This document shows positions 48,154 to 59,871 of a DNA stretch of 64,000 nt, piece by piece. The stretch is taken from contig NC_043004.1 of the NCBI RefSeq assembly GCF_006345805.1, positions 5,890,001 through 5,954,000 of the forward strand. The letters run 5' to 3'. The DNA comes from Octopus sinensis (lineage: Eukaryota). Position 1 is the first letter of the stretch. Each line of letters starts with the position of its first letter. The position numbers and the translations under genes are program-made. The notes beneath the pieces were generated by a model that had not been told where the DNA came from, searched no databases, and worked only from the letters and a program-made list of their open reading frames with translations.

Positions 48154-48545
48154 TCTCTCTCTATATAAAGTTGAAGTTGTCTGTGTGCGCCAGGTTTGGT
48201 AGCCTTCAACTAACAGTATCTCCTCCGAGACCCTGCGGCGCAAGTTGACCAAAATTGAGAGTATGATAGAAGAAGGGTTGCTCTTCTTTCCGTAGAAGAT
48301 AAAATTCAAATCGGACCATGCTAAAACCAAAAATTATTTACATCAAAAAGGTGCTTTTTTCTATGAAAATCCCTATTTTTTACGATTTTTTTCACTGCTG
48401 TGTCGCCACTTTTCGGTGTATTTCAACCAGAAAAATGTTCACTTAAAGAGAATAACAAGCTACATAATGCAAAATTTTTACCTTTCAAAAGTTCCAATTC
48501 CAGCGGGTCGAAACAAACCCGAGCAACGCCGGGCGATACTGCTAG
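48154..48545 (+). mobile_element. Non-autonomous Helitron
   Basis: 5' A|TC...TATATAAAG, 3' hairpin CCCGAGCAACGCCGGG (48518-48533), then CTAG|T. The exact 5' TC is ambiguous within (TC)n. Confidence 0.85.
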
Positions 48546-48713
48546 TTGTTAATAAAGCAGTAATCCTATTTAACTGGAAAAGAACAAATTCTGGGAAAGG
48601 ATAGAATGTTTACCTGTGTCAGTCTTTTGTTTCTTTTCTTATTCAAATGACAAATAAAAAGTTTCACATGCTTTAACAGTATATCGGCTGCACTTTAAGT
48701 CACAAGACACTCC

Positions 48714-48774
<61 letters not shown>

Positions 48775-49020
48775 TCTCTCTCTCTGTCATCACTTATGAA
48801 CTGTTATGTTACATAGAGAACCATACAGAAACGACATTTTGGAATGTTTACAAAAACACTAACGTATAGCGTTTGTTGTTTGCAAGATATACTTTAAAAC
48901 AAATTAAATCAAATTAATTAATCTTAGTAATATCAGGATTATTTACTCTACGTATGGGAAATCCCAAAATCTACAAAAAGCCACACACACACACACACAC
49001 ACAACACACACACACACACA

Positions 49021-49305
49021 CTGCCTCCCACCTGCTTTTCTCATGGTTGAATTCCTACTATTACTGGCGCAGGACAGGCTGTGTTGTAAGTAGCTTGCTT
49101 ACCGACCATATGGTTCCGGGTTCATTCCCACTGCGTGGCACCTTGGGCAAGTGTCTTCTACTATAGCCTCCGGCCGACCAAAGCCTTGTGAGTGGATTTG
49201 GTAGACGGAAATTGAAGGAAGCCCGTCGTATATATGTATTTATGTATGTATGTGTATATGTTTATGTGTCTGTGTTTCTGTCCCCCACCATCGCTTGACA
49301 ACCGA
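49021..49305 (+). repeat. Local duplicate of 46308-46925 without the Tx1 insert
   Basis: Shares the non-SINE flank CCCACCTGCTTTTCTCATGGTTGAATTCCTACTATT and SINE variants (GACCATATGG, GCCTCCGG, AATTGAAGG, TTTCTGTCCCCC). Confidence 0.9.
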
Positions 49306-49478
49306 TATATATATATATATATCAATAAGACCATTCTGTCATTTATTCTCTCCCCCTCCTCTGTGATTATTATTCTACCAGTGTGTGTAGCCTTCCTTTT
49401 TCCATTTCTTGTCACGAAGCCTAGAATGTGCACTCAACCCTGCACCTCTTATTTTATCTCTACATATCCCTCTTTAAC

Positions 49479-49515
<37 letters not shown>

Positions 49516-49938
49516 CCTCTCTCTCCCTCTCCCGCTCTCTCCCTCTCTACGTCGTAAAGCGCGATTAGAAATTCACCCAACAGTTCGCAATCTTTATGAC
49601 TTCAAGGCACTCTGGAGATTAAAAAAAACAAACAAACAGTCGGTGCATTTTGCATGGAAAGCTAAGCTTATCTCAGTATGCCGACCTCAATAATATCCAC
49701 AAACAAGTTTGGACACAGATGGTTTTCTGTTTCAGCAGGAGTAGTCGGTGGGATTAGACCGCAGTGACAGCAGAAGACCGGAAACATCAAAATCTTCTGA
49801 GACGATAAAACTCTTATTTGAATTTGAGTTTAAATTCCGCCAAAGTCAACTTTGCCTTTCATCTTTCCGGGGTCGATAAATTAAGTACCAGTTGCGTACT
49901 GTGGTCGATCTAATCGACTGGCCCGCTCCCCAACAAGT

Positions 49939-50009
<71 letters not shown>

Positions 50010-50010
<1 letters not shown>

Positions 50011-52070
50011 TGGCATCTTTTCTTGGCAACGAGTTCATTGATGTTTGGGGCAAGGTTCTGTATTGTTGAGACTATCAGGATGGATTGCAACTGTTCATCT
50101 GTGAGATGACTCCTACGTGACGTTTTATTCATCTTCATCATAGAGAGCAGCTGCTCGCACAGATATATGTTTCCAAACAAAGAAAGCGTTCGAGCTGCAT
50201 GTAAACGGAGCTGGGGTATTCTTTCAGGTATGAAGTGAGAGTGAACTGTGCGGGCCCCGCAGATTCGTACTTTGCTTTTAATGTCCCATTACACTTCAGT
50301 TCTATCAGCTCCATTTGAATTTGTACCGGTGCAGTTTCTACATTCGCAGCAAATGGGTTGCGAAGAAGCTCGAAATTATTTTTCTGTGCTTCAAAGTCAC
50401 TAAAGCGCCGTGCGAATTCAGAGTGGAGCGCACTCCATTTATCAGCAAAGTGTTGCTTTGGAAACACCGTGGCGCTGACTTGGCTCAACATTGCTTGGCA
50501 ACAGGGAAAGTGAGACAAGTTCAATTGGTGCATTTGCGTCTCCCATAAGCGCAGCTTCACATGAAATGCCTTCACTGCATCATACATATCACAGATCATG
50601 TGATTCCGTCCCTGGAGCTGGATGTTTAAAACATTGAGATGTGCAGTTATGTCAACCAGAAACACCAAGTCGCATTTCCACTTTTCATCTCACAGAACTT
50701 TGGATTCTTTTCCTTTACTGTCCATGAACTGACATATCTCCTCAACCAACTCAAAAAATATATTGAAGACCTTTTCCCGATTGAGCCACCGCACCGCCAT
50801 ATGATAAGGCACGTCACCGAACTCTGAATGTATTTCCTGCAGGAAAGACTGAAATTGGCGGTGATTTAAACCTTTGGCTCGGATAAAGTTTACGGTTTGC
50901 GTTACAGTGCTCATTACATGTTCTATTTTTAAAGCTTTAGCGCACCGCGTTTCCTGGTGTATGATGCAGTGATATGTTGTCAACTAACCAGCGCAGTTCT
51001 CTTCTTGCATCTTTAAACGTATCCTACCCACTGGTTCTCTTTTTTCGCTGCACGTTGCCGGTGCCCCATCTGTTATAAGTCTAACAAGTTTGTCCCAAGG
51101 TAGTTTCATGTCGGTTACACTCTGACATATTTTTTCAAAAAAAAACAAAAACTCTTTCCTGTTGTTGTCCCGTGCATCGATTTAATGTCCAAAATTTCCT
51201 CCATGACGAACAAATTGGAGTCCACTCCACGGATGAAGTTAGCCAGCCGTGCCATATCAGTCATGCCAGTAGTCTCATCCACAACAAGAGGTGTGCAACA
51301 AAATCTGTTCCTTTTTCAATCAACTAGGTTTTCAAATCAATGGCCATCTCACACACCCGATCAGCGACCGTATTTCTGCTAATACTCACATTTGCACACA
51401 ATTGCTTCTTGACTGGACACCAAACGTCACACATTTTCCTCACGCAGCTCTTCACAAACTCTCTTTCGGTAAATGGCCGGGCTGTTTTGCGATCTCCTGT
51501 GCCACAAGAAAATTTGTTTTAACGGCAGCTTTACTTTGTGATTTTGCTTTGGTAAAAAAAAGTCTGTTGTAATATGAGATTCAACTCGTCTACCTTTCAT
51601 TGCTTCTGCTCAGCAGTGAGGTATTTATACTTGTCCTGATGTTTTGTCTCGTAGTGGTGTTTGAGATTATACTCTTTAAGTACAGCAACATTTGCACCAC
51701 AATTAAGACACACGGGTTTGCCATCAATGTCAGTAAACATGTACTCGGTTTCCCAAAGGATTTGAAGGGCTTTGTTTTCAGCATCGACTTTTCTCTTGAC
51801 CATTGATATAGATAGCTACTACTACTGAATGACGTCACGTGAAAATGATCACCCAAAAGAGTGGTAAAACGGCTGTTGCGGTGCATAATGGGATTAGTAG
51901 ATTTTGTGATCATCAGTGCTTCACAACAGGCGATTAGAGAATCGAAGGAAGCGTTTCCTAGCATGCTTTGTTGCAGTTACAATTAAGATTTGTGACTGTG
52001 TTATCATGCCTCTTTAATGTTTTTTTTTGTACAGACAGGGTGTGATAGTTACAGTGGTGTTGTTTCTAGT
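50010..52070 (-). mobile_element. Decayed hAT (GTF2IRD2-like) element lacking both TIRs; transposase 51803 to 50010
   Basis: MVKRKVD...VCLNCG...[44 protein letters not shown] in broken frames. Confidence 0.92.
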
Positions 52071-52080
52071 CGTGTATTAA

Positions 52081-52179
<99 letters not shown>

Positions 52180-52376
52180 CAAAAGGGTTTGATTCGGTTC
52201 CGTGCTACTTCACATCCCTAAAAGAAGCCCGAATCCTTCAGGCTTCTGGAATGTCGAAGGCGTCGGGGCCCTGTTAGGGGCCTGCGAAACTTGAAACGGA
52301 ACGAATCAAAGTGTTTTGAATGATACATGTAGCTCCTACTAAATGTGTTGAGTGCCCTTTTCTGTTGTGTGTGTAT

Positions 52377-52459
<83 letters not shown>

Positions 52460-52664
52460 ATCAGCCGAAATTGCGAAGATAATCTGGTACTTGACTGAGG
52501 AAAGAAAACTTCGAATGAGCCGTCCTTGTTTTCCTTGTATCGTCTATCTGGATGTTTTGTTGCCCCATCTATGTATCACCTAACTGTCCGGATGTTTTGC
52601 TTTCTTGTCCCATTTTGTATATATATATATACATACATACATATATATATATATATAATATATA

Positions 52665-52761
<97 letters not shown>

Positions 52762-53551
52762 TGGCGACTCCGGCACTCGGGCTGTTCGGGCTCAGCCCGA
52801 GTATAAATTTAGTAAAGAGAACGTGTATTTGTAAGCTGATTTAATTTCTACCAACAATGACTTCAAGTATGTTATTGAGCCTGGTCGCAGTTTGTTTATT
52901 TTCGTTCAGCATCTGGCGGTCATCTTAGAGGTGTCCTATGTCAAAAAATGCCATTCGTAGCAGATGTTCTCTCGACATCGTTCATACGCACCTGACTCGA
53001 GCTCAGAAGTTACAACCCGAGTTGTTATCTATAACTGTAAAAATTAAAAGTAATTCAAATTCAATGTTTTCTTAAAACAATAATTTTCTATAGAGTTTAA
53101 GATTTAAATTCCAATCCACGAAAAGTTTCCGTTCTGCAATATTCTTAAAGGATTGAAAGATTATCCAGCAACTCGGGCTAATACGAATGAGCTTGGTAGG
53201 CATAAAAGACTAACTGGCATTTCTTGTCAAGAATACAGGCGACAGTCAGATCGCTGATGTTTGTTGTGCATTCTGCTGCCGTTATTTGATTGCTGTTATT
53301 TTGTGAGTCTGTGTGTAAAGATCAGTTGTGTTTTGCAGGGTTGCTTTATTTTTAGCCTTAACTTAGAAATGGAGAAAGACATAGTGCTAGATACAAATAA
53401 ATAAATAAATGAATAAGCCATTTGGGACTAGAAAATTTGTGGAAAAGCGTAAAATTCTTCGACAGGCATGTGTCTTAGGCAAAATCTGTGATGAGCTCGA
53501 GTGATGCTGATGACCTCGACAAGTCTCTGATATATATGTGTGTGCGTGTAC

Positions 53552-53591
<40 letters not shown>

Positions 53592-53597
53592 TGTATC

Positions 53598-53940
53598 GGC
53601 CTGGTCCTCCGTCGGTTACGACGACGAGTGTTCTAGTTGATCCGATCAATGGAACAGCTCGCTTGTGAAATTAACATTCAAGTGGCTGAGCACTCCATAG
53701 ACTCGCTTACCCTTAACGTACCCTTAACGTACCCTTAACGAATCTCAGGGAGATTCAGCGTGAAACAGAATGTAACAAGACGGGCCCTTTGAATTACAGA
53801 TACACACTCATCTTTGCCAACTGAGTGGACTGCAGCAACATGGAATAAAATGTCTTGCTGAAGGACACAGCACATCGCCAGGAATCGAACTCATGACCCA
53901 ACGACCGTGAGTCGAATAACCTTGCCAATAAGCCACGCGC
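53598..53940 (-). mobile_element. tRNA-headed SINE, family C, near full length
   Basis: Minus strand: GCGCGTGGCTTATTGG (A box), GAGTTCGATTCC (B box), GTGTCCTTCAGCAAGACA, tail GATCGGATCAACTAGAACACTCGTCGTCGTAACCGACGG. Contains CCCTTAACG three times at an 11-bp period. Confidence 0.85.
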
Positions 53941-54448
53941 ACCTTCACAGAGTTAACTTTATATGTCGTAGGTCGATAAAATAAATGTTAGTCATATACT
54001 GAAATCAATTTATTCGACAATACAGTCTTTGTATATTGTCTTCAAGTAAAAAAAAAAACAGAAGAAATCGTTACCACAACAGTCTTTGCACTTTAGAACC
54101 CCAGAGCCTTCGATACTCTGATTCTCATTAATCCAATAGCCACAAGCAATCTAATTCCTGTCTCACACAGATCCAATATTGGACAATATTTCTATTCTTC
54201 TTTCTATAATAACATTGATTACCTTTCAAATTCGGCGTTTCAGCACGGTTCGTCCATGGTGAAACGACAAAATATGTGTGTATCCATCCGTGTATGTGTG
54301 TGTGTGTATGTGTACATATTTTATTTTTAATCGACAAGAGTTACAGTGACTCATGAGCTGCAAGTTTCATTCATGGCACTTATCATTTCTAAGCGCTGGT
54401 TACGAGCATTAAGTCAGAAACTTAAGCCGATTAAAGATCGCGCGCACG

Positions 54449-54449
<1 letters not shown>

Positions 54450-54509
<60 letters not shown>

Positions 54510-54641
54510 GTATTTACACGTGCACACATATATACACTCATTTTCTGAGTTCTATTTGGTTTCCTGTACAAAGAAATCTCTCAGCAATTATCACACCTGC
54601 CACACGGGAACGTTGATACTCGTCTCTATTTCGTATGCATG

Positions 54642-54684
<43 letters not shown>

Positions 54685-54910
54685 ACACACACACACACAC
54701 ACATACATATATAATCTTTTATTCTGTTACTTGTTTCAGTCTTTTTACTGCAGCCATGCTGGAGCACCGCCTTTAGTCGAGCAAATCGACCCCAGGACTT
54801 ATTCTTTTTAAGCCTGCTACATATTCTATTGGCCTCTTTTGCCGAACCGCTAAGTTACGGGGACGTAAATACACCAACATCGATTGTCAAGTAATGGTGG
54901 TGGTGGGGGA

Positions 54911-54980
<70 letters not shown>

Positions 54981-55427
54981 CACACACACACACACATACA
55001 CACACACACACCACACACACACATATGTATTTACACGTGCACACATATATACACTCATTTTCTGAGTTCTATTTGGTTTCCTGTACAGAGAAATCTCTCA
55101 GCAATTATCACACCTGCCACACGGGAACGTTGATACTCGTCTCTATTTCGTATGCATGCGTACACACACACACACACACACACCACACACACACACTCAC
55201 ACACACACACACACCACACATACATATATAATCTTTTATTCTGTTACTTGTTTCAGTCTTTTTACTGCAGCCATGCTGGAGCACCGCCTTTAGTCGAGCA
55301 AATCGACCCCAGGACTTATTCTTTTTAAGCCTGCTACATATTCTATTGGCCTCTTTTGCCGAACCGCTAAGTTACGGGGACGTAAATACACCAACATCGA
55401 TTGTCAAGTAATGGTGGTGGTGGGGGA

Positions 55428-55497
<70 letters not shown>

Positions 55498-55946
55498 CAC
55501 ACACACACACACATACACACACACACACACCACACACACACATATGTATTTACACGTGCACACATATATACACTCATTTTCTGAGTTCTATTTGGTTTCC
55601 TGTACAGAGAAATCTCTCAGCAATTATCACACCTGCCACACGGGAACGTTGATACTCGTCTCTATTTCGTATGCATGCGTACACACACACACACACACAC
55701 ACCACACACACACACTCACACACACACACACACCACACATACATATATAATCTTTTATTCTGTTACTTGTTTCAGTCTTTTTACTGCAGCCATGCTGGAG
55801 CACCGCCTTTAGTCGAGCAAATCGACCCCAGGACTTATTCTTTTTAAGCCTGCTACATATTCTATTGGCCTCTTTTGCCGAACCGCTAAGTTACGGGGAC
55901 GTAAATACACCAACATCGATTGTCAAGTAATGGTGGTGGTGGGGGA

Positions 55947-55985
<39 letters not shown>

Positions 55986-55990
55986 GCGCG
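54450..55990. repeat. Three-copy tandem array, unit about 517-519 bp
   Basis: GTAATGG anchor at 54891, 55408 and 55927. Unit = non-SINE segment, (CA)n, SINE A 3' segment, (CA)n. Confidence 0.97.
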
Positions 55991-56088
55991 CACACACATA
56001 AAAAATACATATCTCACGGTGGTGCCCAGTATGGCTGCACTCAGATGACTGAAACAAGTAAAAAGATAAAAGATAAACACACACACAC

Positions 56089-56119
<31 letters not shown>

Positions 56120-56185
56120 TACATACATACATACATACATACATACATACATACACACACACATATATACATACATACGCATAGA

Positions 56186-56281
56186 CAAAGAAGAAGAAGA
56201 AGAAGAAGAAGAAGAAGAAGAAGAAGAAGAAGAAGAAGAAGAAGAAGAAGAAGAAGAAGAAGAAGAAGAAAAAGAAGAAGA
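56186..56281. repeat. (AAG)n trinucleotide tract
   Basis: Directly visible. Confidence 0.97.
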
Positions 56282-56906
56282 ATGTTAACCATCAACGTCT
56301 GAGCGTGTTTCCATTTTGTCGAGGATTTCCCCTTATCCCGAGACGATCATGAGAACGTATTTGTGTATATATACAAGCATATATGTGTATATCACAACAT
56401 AGTTGTCTATGTGTATGTTCATGTATTTACGTACCTACGTGTGTGTGTGTGTGTGGACAGGCATAGTTAAAGTGAAGAACTGTGAAAGTCTGAATCAAAT
56501 TCGTTTTCTTTCTTTTATTTCATTGATGATTCTTCATCTTTATAATCAAAATTAGATTTCCTATAATTTTCCTTTAAAGAAAGAGATAAGGGACAAAAAA
56601 AAAACGGAAAAAAGAAAAGAAGAGAAGAGAAAGATAATGGAGACAGGCAAAAAAATGGAAAATAAGCACCTTTGAAATTGCTTGTAAAAGAATGTTCAAT
56701 GATGATGATAATGATGATGATGACGACGACGACACCGATGGTGGTGATGGTAGTGATGGTGGTGGTGGTGATGTGTATGATTAGATGGTGATGATGATGA
56801 TGGGTGATAGTGGTGGTGGTGGTGATGATAATATATATAAAAAAATCAAAAACGAAAAACAATATGGATCTGTGTCAGCTGTACAAAAAAGAATTGGCAC
56901 CATTAC

Positions 56907-57005
56907 CTGTAGAAAGCAAAGAATCAATGTTAGAATGACCGTAGATCGGTACAACAATAACGATCTTTCAGATTTGGGCAATCGACTTGTATTGATGAAT
57001 TTGTT
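56907..57005 (-). CDS. Candidate 99-bp internal exon of an unidentified host gene
   Basis: Pyrimidine tract, CTAAT branch-like site, TTAG acceptor, 33 open codons, CAG|GTAATG donor. No homology recognised. Confidence 0.25.
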
Positions 57006-57173
57006 CTAACAACTTTCTCAGTAGAGAAACGTATGGAGATTAGATGAGAGAGAAAAAGAGTGAGAGAGAGAGAGAGAGGAGAGGAGAGGAGAGGAGAGGA
57101 GAGAAAGAGGGAGATGAAAAGAAGAGTGCAGTTGGAAAAGAGCGATTGGATTAAGGGGTGAAGTGATTGGAAC

Positions 57174-57227
<54 letters not shown>

Positions 57228-57536
57228 TGTGTGTGTGTGGTGTGAGAGAGAGAGAAGGAGAAAGGGAGGAAGAGAACGGCAGAGAGAGATGAAGAGATAG
57301 AGAGATGGGAAGAAGGGTGAAGTCGAAACAGAAAGAGTGATTGGATGAACGGGTGAAGTGACTGGAACCAGAGTGAGAAGGCGAAATTAAGAGAGAGAGA
57401 AAGGGAGAGAGAGGGGGGAGGGAGGGATATGGAGAATGGAGAAAGAATATCGAATGATCAAAAACAAAAAAAAAACATTGTGAAGAAGATACATTGGGAG
57501 TGAGTGAGAGAGAAAGAGAAACCGAGACAGTGGGAA

Positions 57537-57584
<48 letters not shown>

Positions 57585-57892
57585 AAGAAAGAGAGTAAGT
57601 GGGAGAGAAAGCAATGAAATAAATCATTCTTAGAGAAATAGGCAACGTGAAAGAGGAGCATTTGATTCGTAGAAAGAGAAAACAAAGAGCAGGGTTCAAA
57701 TGGTGAAGTGAGAATTTAGTGAGAAAAAAATAGAGTCAAGAGAATGACAGGAAAGCATTAGAAATAAACAATTGGATATATTTGGTTCTTCGACTAAAAA
57801 ATTTGCTTTGGCATGGCTTGTTTCACGAAAAAGATTTTTACGATTTTCCACAGTTTACTGAAAGCGTTAACATCGTGTAAATACATTCGAGG

Positions 57893-58112
57893 CGAAGGGG
57901 TGCGGAAAAATTCCTGGATTTAGGTAAAAGAAAATACAGGAAGACCAGCTAATTATGATTTTATTCAACATACTCACTTCTCAGATTGGCACACCTGTTG
58001 CACCAGTCCTTCAGTTTTTCCAAGTCCTGTAAAAGAACTCGGAAGGGTTGGGCTTCCAACCAGGCCTTTCACAATACCCTTAATGCCAGGAAATTTTCAA
58101 CACCTACCCTTG
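57893..58112 (-). mobile_element. Mariner-derived MITE
   Basis: CGAAGGGGTGCGGAAAAATTCCTGG / CCAGGAAATTTTCAACACCTACCCTTG. The interior is the reverse complement of 61781-61985. Confidence 0.75.
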
Positions 58113-58120
58113 TGTGTGTG

Positions 58121-58177
<57 letters not shown>

Positions 58178-58421
58178 GTATATGTGTGTGTGTGTGTGTG
58201 TGTGTGAGTGTATTTACATATATATATATATATATCTTTTAGTTTTGTTGTTTCAGTCATTAGACTGCGACCACGCCCTGAGGAAGTTTTTGTTGAATGA
58301 ATTGACCCCAATATTTTATTCCATCGCTCTTTTGCCGATCCGCTAAGTTACAGGGAGATAAACACATCAACACTGGTTATCAAGCATATATATATATTAT
58401 ATATATATATATGTATATATA

Positions 58422-58525
<104 letters not shown>

Positions 58526-58529
58526 TGTG

Positions 58530-58720
58530 ACCTCGTCTGTATCACTAGCGATTTTTTCCCCTGTCTTCCCTTCTCGGGATCTTTCCTTCTCCTATGTTTC
58601 CGACGAAGAGCTCCGCTCGAAACGTCAAACCCTCCTTCTTCCCTTCTTTCCTGAGCGTCCAATAATACTTTATTTGTTCCACGTCCTTGCGTTGTTGTTT
58701 TTTGTTTTTGTTTTCTTGTT
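58530..58720 (+). mobile_element. Penelope-like terminal-repeat fragment between (TA)n tracts
   Basis: Homologous to 39722-39880; carries a hammerhead-like core. Confidence 0.7.
58596..58630 (+). ncRNA. Minimal type I hammerhead ribozyme-like motif (U4 changed to C)
   Basis: GUUU-CCGACGA-A-GAGC-UCC-GCUC-GAAA-CGU-C-AAAC, with a canonical GUC triplet. Confidence 0.6.
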
Positions 58721-58727
58721 TGGATTA

Positions 58728-58774
<47 letters not shown>

Positions 58775-59772
58775 TATATATAATATATATAATATATATA
58801 TATATATATACGACGACCTTCTTTCAGTTCTATCAACCAAATCCATTCATAAGGCTTTGGTCGGCCCTAGGCTACAGTAGAAGATACCCAAATTGCCACG
58901 CAATCGAACTGAACCCGGAACCTTGTGATTGGGAAGCAAACTGTATATAGTTTTCTGCGCCCTTATAAGTAGGATCAACAAAGAAGGTTTCCACCCAGTA
59001 ACATTAAAAATAATTTAATATGAACAGATTTTGAATAATAGCTACAAATTGTTTCAATAATTTGTCAGATTTATATGAAGTGACTAGTGGTTCCAATCAA
59101 TCCTTCGGACTCAGTGCGTACAGTTAGTCCTATTTGAAGACCAGGACGTTGATCTATGAGAAAACACGAGGAAAAACGATATCAACCTTCTCATGTGACG
59201 GGTTCTTTCAGTTTCCGTATACCAAATTCTAACCTCTTTTAGGCTTCTTTTAGGCCAAAAGCTAGAGTAGAAATAACAGACCGCCAACGAAATTCATTGT
59301 TCTCAACAATATGTCTATCCTTCTAGCTGGTTTTTTGATAGTTATAAAAACAAGAACTCTGTAACCCAAAGTCAGTTAGTGAGAACCGAGTCTGGCTGGC
59401 CTGCTGAACAAAACGTCATCTCTAAAGGAAAAGGCACAAAAGGATAACTATGGTAACTCACCAACGAAGCAGTTGTTTCGTCCCACCACTCTCACTTTCA
59501 CTAACTCTCTTTTCTCTGTGACATTACCATATCTTTCTATATATACTACTAAGAGACCGTGTACACACACATACAGGCCGAAATTAACTTTCTTTACCTT
59601 GCATGCTTTAGGAACTGTGTTATACTATTACACTAACCAACCCGTCGTGGTGCGGCATTATATTAATGTAACGGTAAATAAATATTTCTTTACAACTTCG
59701 ATCGCTCTTCGTCATCTTTCATATTTTACTACATGCCGTTACAATAATACCAATCGTTACACACACACACAC

Positions 59773-59871
<99 letters not shown>

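Noticed and set aside
52490-52535. CTGAGGAAAGAAAACTTCGAATGAGCCGTC as another hammerhead
   Set aside because: The GAAA box is broken, stem II is ambiguous and no stem I partner is found.
52759-53260. Possible DNA transposon starting CAGTGGCG with a CTCGGGCTG/CAGCCCGAG stem
   Set aside because: No convincing matching right terminus or TSD was found.
54450-55990. Regularly spaced repeats as a possible CRISPR array
   Set aside because: The whole ~518-bp unit is repeated with no unique spacers, no cas genes are present and the context is eukaryotic.
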